In this document: piece after piece, positions 46,635 to 54,065 of the stretch
How the letters are laid out: each line of letters begins with the position of its first letter
Numbering within the stretch: the stretch's first letter is position 1
Source of the DNA: an uncultured Saprospiraceae bacterium
GTDB taxonomy: Bacteria; Actinomycetota; Acidimicrobiia; Spongiisociales; UBA5794
Direction of reading: 5' to 3'
Assembly (NCBI GenBank): GCA_964195515.1
Contig: CAXMQO010000041.1
Location: forward strand, 4,368-68,367
Length of the DNA: 64,000 nt
Position numbers and translations under genes: made by a program
The notes under the pieces: generated by a model
Told to the model about the DNA's origin: nothing
Database searches by the model: none
What the model saw: the letters and a program-made list of their open reading frames with translations, nothing else

Positions 46635-47189
46635 TCAGTCGACGAGTTCGCTCGTCGATACGACCTGCCCAAAGTCCGCGGCGAGGGTCAATGCCGTGTA
46701 TCGGGCGATCTCGCGTGCGCGGTAGATGTGACGGTTCGGACCCACGATGTCGAACGTATGAGTGGCGTCGAGCACGAACATCAACTCGAATCCGAGGTCA
46801 CTCCCGATTCGCGCCGTCGTCTCACAGCACATGTTCGTCTGGATACCGCAGACGGCGATCCCCGCGATGCCGTGCTCCGTCAGCCAGGCTCCCAGATCGG
46901 GAGATCCATGGAACGCCGAGTGCACGGACTTGGTAACCAGAAGGTCGGGTTTCCCGGTGATGACATCCTTGAACTCGTTTCCCGGCGTCCCCGCAGCGAG
47001 AGGCGAACCGATGCTCGCCGAATCGTGACGAACGAAGACCACAGGCCACCCATGATCACGCCAGGCGGCGATCAACCGACCGACGTTTCTCTCGCAATCA
47101 GGATTGTTCCGCTCTCCCCATTGGGCGCCGTCGAAGCCCTTCTGGACGTCAACGACGACAAGTGCGGTGCTGTCTTTCCAATCCTTCAT
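46635..47189 (-). CDS. isochorismatase-family cysteine hydrolase
   Basis: 184 aa with LVVVDVQKGF and GIQTNMCCETT (catalytic Cys region). Confidence 0.8.
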   Translation of the reverse strand: MKDWKDSTALVVVDVQKGFDGAQWGERNNPDCERNVGRLIAAWRDHGWPVVFVRHDSASIGSPLAAGTPGNEFKDVITGKPDLLVTKSVHSAFHGSPDLGAWLTEHGIAGIAVCGIQTNMCCETTARIGSDLGFELMFVLDATHTFDIVGPNRHIYRAREIARYTALTLAADFGQVVSTSELVD

Positions 47190-48124
47190 GAGAAGAGCAT
47201 CGGGCCGAGTTTCGCGAACTCGTCGCGAGATGAGAAGGGCACGATGTAGTGATCTTCGATGCGCACCTCGTCGGCGTGCTCGGCAACGTCTTCGATCGTG
47301 AGGGGGCCCTCGTGATCCGGGTGCTTGAAGTAGCCCTCGCAGAGTCCTGTGAACACACGACTGACCGACCCACCGCCGACCGACCAGAGTTCACCGGTTC
47401 GCCGATTCCGCTCCGAGGCAAGATACGCAACCGCCGGGGCAACCGACTCGGGATCGAACTTGTCGGCCATCTCTCCCAGAATCTCCTCCGTCATCCTCGT
47501 CTGGGCAATCGGGGCGACCGCGTTGACGAGGACGTTGTACTTGGCTCCCTCCAGTTTCAACGCGTTCATGAAGCCGACAAGGCCGGCCTTCGCCGCGGCA
47601 TAATTGGTCTGGCCGAAGTTTCCGAAAATCCCGGAACCCGAGGATGTGAAGACGATACGGCCGTACTGCTGTTCTTTCATCACCCGGAAGGCAGGCTTGG
47701 TGACGTAGAACGCACCTTCCAGATGGACGGAGAGCACCGACCGGAGATCGTCGACGTCCATGTTGAGGAGGGTTCGATCACGCAGAATCCCGGCGTTCGA
47801 GACAAGGACGTCGATCCGCCCGAAGGCCTCGACGGCGTGTTCGATGACCGCCGTACCGCCATCCGGCTCCGCTACGGAGTTGTAATCGGCCACGGCGGCG
47901 CCACCGCTGTTCGTGATCTCCTCGACGACGGCGTCCGCTGCGTTGGTGCTGGATCCATCGCCGTGCACCGATCCCCCGAGATCATTCACGATGACGGATG
48001 CGCCTCTCGATGCCAGTAGGAGTGCGTAGACACGCCCGAGGCCACCACCGGCCCCGGTGACGACCGCGACCCGGTCCTGGAAGTCGATCATGCTGACTGC
48101 TCCTTGCCGATGGTATGTCTGCAA
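47186..48124 (-). CDS. SDR-family oxidoreductase (MFE-2/Hsd4A-like 3-hydroxyacyl-CoA dehydrogenase type)
   Basis: 312 aa with VTGAGGGLGRVYAL, NAG and YAAAKAG. ATGA overlap with the downstream gene. Confidence 0.8.
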   Translation of the reverse strand: MQTYHRQGAVSMIDFQDRVAVVTGAGGGLGRVYALLLASRGASVIVNDLGGSVHGDGSSTNAADAVVEEITNSGGAAVADYNSVAEPDGGTAVIEHAVEAFGRIDVLVSNAGILRDRTLLNMDVDDLRSVLSVHLEGAFYVTKPAFRVMKEQQYGRIVFTSSGSGIFGNFGQTNYAAAKAGLVGFMNALKLEGAKYNVLVNAVAPIAQTRMTEEILGEMADKFDPESVAPAVAYLASERNRRTGELWSVGGGSVSRVFTGLCEGYFKHPDHEGPLTIEDVAEHADEVRIEDHYIVPFSSRDEFAKLGPMLFS

Positions 48125-48179
48125 CGATAGCGACCCCCGACGTCGTGAATCGCACGAGCGAGAGCACTAGCCTGAGGAT

Positions 48180-49391
48180 GTGCCACGACCGGACCAACCA
48201 TCGCGCGTCCGTCCATTGACGCCGGACAATATCGGTGGCTCCAGCACGCCGGTTCGGCGGCCACCGGGCATCTCATTCGCGATCGGAGCAGGAGCGGTGG
48301 TTCTGACGTTGCTGTTCGTCGTATTTGGGGCGGGCGGAGGCGATGAGCTCGCCGGCTCGGATTCAGATCAGAGCATGATTGCCGCGGATGCTTCCAATAT
48401 CGAGGTCACCACCACAACGCTCCCGGTGCGCTTCTCGGAGATGGTTCCGATCGAGACGGACCGACTCTCGGCAATCTCCCGATCTGGTGACCCCCGAACG
48501 GTGCTGTGGCTCCCATCCGAGCGATTCGCTCGGTCGTATCGGTTGCAGAACGAGCCTCGCTTGGCCTGGTTCGACGCGACCGGAGCGTCAGTTGCATTCA
48601 TCGACGCACAGTCGACCCTGTTCGCTGGGCCCTTGCCCGGTGATGCTGCCTCTCAGGTCGAGGCGATGGTTTCTTCAGCACGTTTTCATCCAACCGAGAC
48701 CGCCGAACTCGCCTACACCGCACCCGTCGCGGCGTCCGGGGCGACCGGCGTCTACCGAGTGCACGTCACCCCGGGGATTCTCGGCGGACTCGAATCTACG
48801 TTGGTCGCAACGCTCCCCCAGCATGCACACCTCCTGACGTGGGGCGACTGGGGATACGCCGTGTCGATCGACGATCCCGAATCGCCGGCAGTCGTCATCC
48901 TTGATCCGCGAGGTCAGGCCCAACGCGCCATGCCGGGAGTCGCGTATTCGGCGGGTGGGGATGCCATCCTCGTCGATGCAACAGGAGAGGGTTTCGACGA
49001 AACCGGAGCAGCATCTGCGCTTGCCCCGGTAGCTGTGGTTCCGGAGTCTGAAGTCGGGATCTTCGACCGGATGTTCGAGCCGATCTTCCTCTTCCCCGGC
49101 GCCGATGCGCGCAGCCTGAACGTGACTATCTCGCCCGACGGCCTCCAGATCGCAGTCACGACATTCACGAATACCGGCGGCACGTCGGTAACGATTCGCG
49201 ACCGCTCGGTGGACACCCTCCGGACCGTGCGAATCGATTCGGTAGCTCACCCGATCGGGTTCGTCGCCGACGGCACCCATCTCGCGATGCAAGACGCCGA
49301 ATCGAGTGAGTTGCTGTTCGTCAATTGGCGCACCGGATCTCACTACCGCCTCTCCGGCCTGACCGGTGATTTCGTCTCCGTCGATCTCTGA
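48180..49391 (+). CDS. hypothetical N-terminally anchored extracytoplasmic protein
   Basis: 403 aa. TM segment ISFAIGAGAVVLTLLFVVFGA is followed by a beta-rich composition. No family assigned. Confidence 0.5.
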   Translation: MPRPDQPSRVRPLTPDNIGGSSTPVRRPPGISFAIGAGAVVLTLLFVVFGAGGGDELAGSDSDQSMIAADASNIEVTTTTLPVRFSEMVPIETDRLSAISRSGDPRTVLWLPSERFARSYRLQNEPRLAWFDATGASVAFIDAQSTLFAGPLPGDAASQVEAMVSSARFHPTETAELAYTAPVAASGATGVYRVHVTPGILGGLESTLVATLPQHAHLLTWGDWGYAVSIDDPESPAVVILDPRGQAQRAMPGVAYSAGGDAILVDATGEGFDETGAASALAPVAVVPESEVGIFDRMFEPIFLFPGADARSLNVTISPDGLQIAVTTFTNTGGTSVTIRDRSVDTLRTVRIDSVAHPIGFVADGTHLAMQDAESSELLFVNWRTGSHYRLSGLTGDFVSVDL

Positions 49392-49538
49392 TTGAATCGC
49401 GCCGGTCGGTAACCCCCCTGCTGTTCGCTTCTCCGATAATGTCCTCGACACGGCGAAGAGAAGGCAGATCACGCCGACCGCGTTGGACGCAGCGGGGTTG
49501 CCACCGGTTACGTTCTATTGCTCTGAGAAAGGACGCCA

Positions 49539-50726
49539 TCAGAGGTGAGTGCGGAGCGATCGGGCCAGATCACCGCGGTCAGCGACAACGGTCTTGTCCA
49601 GCCCCAGCCACGATGCCATCGCCTGGAGTTCGGCCGCCAACGGCGGAACAACCCGTGAATCGTCCTTGCCGGGTTCGAGATGGGCTGCCTGGACCAGGAG
49701 CCGCTGTGTCTTTCGGTCGGATTTCAGGTCGACTCTCGCCACGAGTTCGCCGTCGAGAAGGAACGGCAGCACGTAGTACCCGTACTGCCGTTGCTCCTTT
49801 GGCACGTAGATCTCTATCCGGTACCGGAATCCGAACATTCTCTCGACCCGATCGCGATTCCAGATCAGTGAATCGAACGGACTCAGGAGAGCGGTGCCTG
49901 TTGGCCGGCGAGGAGTCGCTGCCTCGGGATGGAGATAGGCAGGATGTTGCCACCCCTCTACGGCCACCGGGACCACAGCGCCTTCGACAGCGAGGGCCTC
50001 GAGGACGGGGCGAGCAGTGGGCTTGTGAAGTCGGTGGTAGTCGGCGAGGTCGGCCACCGTGCCGATGCCATGGTGCCGCGCGGCGTCGACCAGCAGCGTG
50101 CGGTACGCCTCAGCCCGGTCCGGCGGCGATTCCTCAAGGATCGACGCCGGGACCACACGATCCGGAAGGTCGTACCGACGGCCGAACGATGAGGATCGGT
50201 AGGCGGTGACTCGGCCGGAGGCGAAGAGCCACTCGAGGGCGTGTTTACCCGGCGCATATCCCCACCACGGCCCACCGCGCTCACCGGCATCTTCGAGATC
50301 TGCCACCGTCAGTGGTCCACGCTCCGCGACCTGTCCCAGCACGTCTTCGATGTAGCCCGGGCGCTCGTCGAGGAGTCTCCGAACACTCCCCCACGGCTTC
50401 ATCTCGCCCATTCGGAATCGGAACGTCGGGTACCGGTCGACCGGAATCAGCGACGCCTCGTGGCCCCAGTACTCGAAAAGCTCACCGGATGAGGCGGTCC
50501 ATCGATCGAAGGCGGGGCGGTCATACGGGCCGAGTCGGGAGAACATGGGGAGATAGTGCGATCGCTCCAGAACATTCACCGAGTCGAGTTGCAGCAACCC
50601 GATTCGCTCCAACACCCGACGGAAGTGACGCACGTCGATGCGCCCGGTGGGGTGAGGTGTGGCGAAACCCTGAGCGCCGAGCGCGATCCGGCGTGCCTGA
50701 TCGTTCGTCAACCTACGAATCTTCAT
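49539..50726 (-). CDS. winged-helix DNA glycosylase, YcaQ/AlkZ-like (DUF1006)
   Basis: 395 aa. The N-terminus is typical of the family (...ARRIALGAQGF...). LLQLDSVNV contains the Q-x-D motif I recall for the YcaQ clade. Confidence 0.7.
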   Translation of the reverse strand: MKIRRLTNDQARRIALGAQGFATPHPTGRIDVRHFRRVLERIGLLQLDSVNVLERSHYLPMFSRLGPYDRPAFDRWTASSGELFEYWGHEASLIPVDRYPTFRFRMGEMKPWGSVRRLLDERPGYIEDVLGQVAERGPLTVADLEDAGERGGPWWGYAPGKHALEWLFASGRVTAYRSSSFGRRYDLPDRVVPASILEESPPDRAEAYRTLLVDAARHHGIGTVADLADYHRLHKPTARPVLEALAVEGAVVPVAVEGWQHPAYLHPEAATPRRPTGTALLSPFDSLIWNRDRVERMFGFRYRIEIYVPKEQRQYGYYVLPFLLDGELVARVDLKSDRKTQRLLVQAAHLEPGKDDSRVVPPLAAELQAMASWLGLDKTVVADRGDLARSLRTHL

Positions 50727-50763
50727 CGTGAGCGCTCCTCCGCGAGCGCTACGCTACCCGGCC

Positions 50764-51507
50764 ATGGTCCGAATACTCCGCGCCGCAGTCCGCACATTCG
50801 TGCTCGTCCCGTTGTTCTTTGTGTACACGATCGTCAAGGCCGGATACGTGGCTTGGATCGGGAGGCGAAATCGGGAGTCCCCGAAGATCGAACAGACGAT
50901 CCAGACATGGTCACGGCGGTTTCTTCGGATCCCGCCCGTCGAAATCGAGGTGGAAGGCCGCGAACACGTTGATCCGGGCCAGCGGTACGTCATCGTGTCG
51001 AACCACACGTCCAATTTCGACATCCCCGTGCTCTTTCTCGCGATTCCAACGCCAATCCGGTTCCTTGCCAAGAAGGAGCTATACAAGATCCCATTGATGG
51101 GTCCCGGCATGGACGCTGCCGGCATCGTGAAGGTTGACCGTGGCGGCGCCCGGTCGACTCGAGAGGCCATCAACACGGCGGCACGCGAGTCGTACCGGCT
51201 CGGGTACTCACTGATGGTCTTCGCCGAGGGGACCAGGAGCCGAACCGGAGAGATGGCCGACTTCCGCACCGGCGCCGTGAGAATCGCTCGCGACAACGAA
51301 GCAGACCTGCTGCCGGTGGTCATCTCCGGATCGTTCGATATCAACCCGCCCGGATCGCCGCTGATCTACCCCGGTCGCGTGCGAGTCAGGATCCTCCCCG
51401 CCGTGCCGAGCGCAAACATCGAGCCGGGCGACATTCGAAAAGTGACGAACCAGATGCGGACAGACATGGGCGCCGCCTACGAAGAGCTCCGCTCAGTGGA
51501 TGAATAG
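50764..51507 (+). CDS. plsC: 1-acyl-sn-glycerol-3-phosphate acyltransferase
   Basis: NHTSNFD (HX4D) and FAEGTRS blocks. The ORF-track start GTG 50728 would abut the ycaQ-like start, so ATG 50764 is used. Confidence 0.8.
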   Translation: MVRILRAAVRTFVLVPLFFVYTIVKAGYVAWIGRRNRESPKIEQTIQTWSRRFLRIPPVEIEVEGREHVDPGQRYVIVSNHTSNFDIPVLFLAIPTPIRFLAKKELYKIPLMGPGMDAAGIVKVDRGGARSTREAINTAARESYRLGYSLMVFAEGTRSRTGEMADFRTGAVRIARDNEADLLPVVISGSFDINPPGSPLIYPGRVRVRILPAVPSANIEPGDIRKVTNQMRTDMGAAYEELRSVDE

Positions 51508-51546
51508 AGCAGTACTGATCTACTGATCTACTGATTCACTCGTTTC

Positions 51547-53019
51547 TCAATCGTATATCCCAACCAGCCACGTCTGCCCTTCCCTAATCTCGCAGAGGAA
51601 TGCTCCGGCTGATGTGACGATCTGATACTGGTCTCCCGGCTCCTCCCCCTTCCACCAGCGTCCGACCCGACGCCACGGACCGGCCCAGGACCGGACCGTC
51701 ACCCACCGGCTCCCGAGCCGAACCCGCACCGGCATCCCTCCGTCCCACTCGATATGGAACGGTTGCGGATCCGGCGGTACGAGTGCCGGAGAGGGTCCGG
51801 GCACCCGCCCGGGCCACGGCGCCTCGGGATCCCGAAGCCGGGCCGGTGTCTCACCCCACCGGTGCCACGCGACCCGCTCGCCAGGTTCACGCCCTCCTTG
51901 CGGATGAGCCTGGAGTAGCCCGTCCAGACCTACGATCGCCTGGGTCTCGGCGAGCGCCCGATGAGCCTCAGACGCTGCTCTTGCGTCCTCTCCGAGAGAG
52001 AGTTGCCTTCCCACCCCCGAAAGATCGGCTGGTTCGATCCTCAGCGCCGCAAGCCCACCCCGAATACCGGCTCCAACGCCGTCGATCCAGGCGCGGAGCT
52101 GCCATCTCACCCGCTCGGCGATCGCCCGGTCGTCGAGCGGATCTGCGCTTCTCCACGTTCGCGACCGGATCGTGCCGTCCGCGGCCTCTGCTTCGACCAC
52201 GATCCGGAACGGCGCCGCTCCGACAGACGCGAGAGCATCGACCAGCCGACTCGCCATCGCACGCGCAACGAACGCTGCCTGCTCGAGGTCTTCGAGTGGA
52301 GGCGAGAACCGCTCCACAACCGTCAGATCGACGGGGAGATCTCGAGGATTCGGGAGGCGATCCCGACCAGAAGCAAGACGATGTGCATCAAGACCCACGG
52401 CACCGAAACGGGAAGCGATGGCGCTGCCGGGGAGGCGAGCGAGCTCACCGAGCGTCGTGATCCCGAGCCAGCGGAACGTCGCTACCACCTCCTCACGGCC
52501 GATGGTCGAGATATCGAGCGATGCGAGAAACGACGCATCGTCCTCGACGATGTTGACCGGAGCATCACCGGAGGCTCCGGCAGCGGCATGTTTCGCGGCG
52601 AACGGGCCGTCGGCGAGCCCGATCCGGTACCCTTCACCGGCCACCCGAACGATCTCCTTCACGACCCGCTCGACAAGCGGACCCTCACCGCCGTAGTAAC
52701 CGACGGCTCCGGCCACCGGGACGAAAACCAATCCTGGTTCGACGACTTCGACCTTTGGAACGAGAGCCTCGATCTCGGCGACGACCCGTTCGAACGCGAC
52801 CATCTCCGCCGAATAGTCTCGTTCAACCGTCATGACCAGGGGACAGATCCCCTCCGCCTCACCCCTTCGCATCCCGCGGCGAATCCCGGCAGCGTACGCC
52901 ACAGCGTTCATCGCCTCGACTCGACCGTCGGCGCCTACCGCCTGGCCGGGCTCATCCTGCGGCGCTCCTGGTCTCCGTAGCGGCCACTCCGGATACCACA
53001 CGCAGAGTGTTCGAGCCAT
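51547..53019 (-). CDS. imuB: ImuB, Y-family-polymerase-like mutasome subunit
   Basis: 490 aa. The N-terminus MARTLCVWYPEWPL is typical of ImuB. It lies downstream of imuA' and behind a LexA box. Confidence 0.8.
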   Translation of the reverse strand: MARTLCVWYPEWPLRRPGAPQDEPGQAVGADGRVEAMNAVAYAAGIRRGMRRGEAEGICPLVMTVERDYSAEMVAFERVVAEIEALVPKVEVVEPGLVFVPVAGAVGYYGGEGPLVERVVKEIVRVAGEGYRIGLADGPFAAKHAAAGASGDAPVNIVEDDASFLASLDISTIGREEVVATFRWLGITTLGELARLPGSAIASRFGAVGLDAHRLASGRDRLPNPRDLPVDLTVVERFSPPLEDLEQAAFVARAMASRLVDALASVGAAPFRIVVEAEAADGTIRSRTWRSADPLDDRAIAERVRWQLRAWIDGVGAGIRGGLAALRIEPADLSGVGRQLSLGEDARAASEAHRALAETQAIVGLDGLLQAHPQGGREPGERVAWHRWGETPARLRDPEAPWPGRVPGPSPALVPPDPQPFHIEWDGGMPVRVRLGSRWVTVRSWAGPWRRVGRWWKGEEPGDQYQIVTSAGAFLCEIREGQTWLVGIYD

Positions 53020-53656
53020 CGTCCTCCATCTCGATCGTTCGGGTCATCCCTTTCATGGCCTTTCCAGAAGCGATGATCCGGGTCTTCCTCTGCTCGATTC
53101 GACCGTGCCCATTCACAGCGCCCCTCCACGCGGTCTCGCGAGCTTCGAGCACAAGATGAGCGACACCAATGGGCACCGCACGGCCGATGGGGCGAAGCAG
53201 CAGAGTGGTCCCCCGATTTCTGGCAAGTGCAGCGAGCTTTCGAATCGACGCATCCTTTACCCCGGCGGGAACTTCGGCCAGCACGGCCGTCGCACCGTCG
53301 AGGAGCGCAGCGGCGGCTCGCCCCCACCGAACGACCTCATGACAGCGTGCGATCACCAACCGGTCGGGTTCGATCCCGACTTCCCATGCCGCGACCGGAC
53401 TCAACCATCCGCGCACGTCGAGATAGGCGACCGTCCCCCCGGTGTATCCGGAGAGCATGACGAGCCCCAGCCGTGTCATACCGAATCCCGGTTCCCCGGC
53501 GAGCACAGCCACCTGACCCGGACCGACGGTGGGGAGCTGTGATCTCTGGTCAGCACCAGGCCCTGAGTTTCCAGCTTCCAGCTGCCAGATACCGGCCGGA
53601 GATGCAACACCCCGAGCTATCAGCTGCGAGCTCTGCTTTGGAAGCTGGAAGCTCAT
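52952..53656 (-). CDS. imuA: ImuA' (RecA/SulA-fold mutasome accessory protein)
   Basis: 234 aa. The degenerate P-loop-like GEPGFGMTRL resembles actinobacterial ImuA'. A LexA box lies 49 nt upstream. It overlaps imuB by 68 nt. Confidence 0.65.
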   Translation of the reverse strand: MSFQLPKQSSQLIARGVASPAGIWQLEAGNSGPGADQRSQLPTVGPGQVAVLAGEPGFGMTRLGLVMLSGYTGGTVAYLDVRGWLSPVAAWEVGIEPDRLVIARCHEVVRWGRAAAALLDGATAVLAEVPAGVKDASIRKLAALARNRGTTLLLRPIGRAVPIGVAHLVLEARETAWRGAVNGHGRIEQRKTRIIASGKAMKGMTRTIEMEDDGSNTLRVVSGVAATETRSAAG

Positions 53657-53704
53657 ATCTCAGATCTCACGTTTCGGATCTCTCTTCTCGGGCCAAATAC
53701 CTTA

Positions 53705-53720
53705 TCGAACATATGTTCGA
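53705..53720. promoter_or_regulatory. LexA (SOS) box, perfect palindrome
   Basis: TCGAACATATGTTCGA lies between divergent imuA' (start 53656) and the dodecin gene (start 53771). Confidence 0.8.
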
Positions 53721-53770
53721 TTCGCAAGTGCGGTAGACTACCGGAAGACAGCAACGAGAGGAGCAGGTAC

Positions 53771-53977
53771 GTGTCGATTGCGAAGGTGATTGAGATCACA
53801 TCCACATCCCCCGGGAGCTTCGAAGACGCTATTCGGAAGGGGATCGCCAAGGCGCAGAAGACCATCGACAATATCCAGGGAGCCTGGATCTCTGAACACA
53901 AGGTCGAACTCGCCGAAGACGGAACGATCAAACACTTCCGCGTCGACATGAAGCTCACCTTCCTGCTCGACGACTGA
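53771..53977 (+). CDS. dodecin-family flavin-binding protein
   Basis: 68 aa. The pattern KVIEITSTSPGSFEDAIRKGIAKA...I....I is typical of dodecins. GTG start. Confidence 0.8.
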   Translation: MSIAKVIEITSTSPGSFEDAIRKGIAKAQKTIDNIQGAWISEHKVELAEDGTIKHFRVDMKLTFLLDD

Positions 53978-54009
53978 GCGTGTGCTTCTAACCCCCCGTC
54001 CCTCAACGA

Positions 54010-54050
54010 GAGAGGGCCCCGAGCGCATCCGCCCGGGGCCCTCTCTTCGT
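54010..54050. terminator. bidirectional intrinsic terminator between dodecin and pnp
   Basis: Perfect 12-bp stem GAGAGGGCCCCG / CGGGGCCCTCTC with a 12-nt loop, followed by TTCGTTCGT on the + strand. Confidence 0.65.
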
Positions 54051-54065
54051 TCGTAGATGGTGCTC

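Noticed and set aside
51513-51536. A CRISPR or minisatellite array.
   Set aside because: There are only three contiguous 8-nt units without spacers, and no cas genes anywhere in the window.
52020-52050. A tRNA-like GGTTCGATCC T-arm motif.
   Set aside because: It lies inside the imuB coding sequence, with no acceptor or anticodon stems around it. No tRNA or rRNA genes were recognised in the window.
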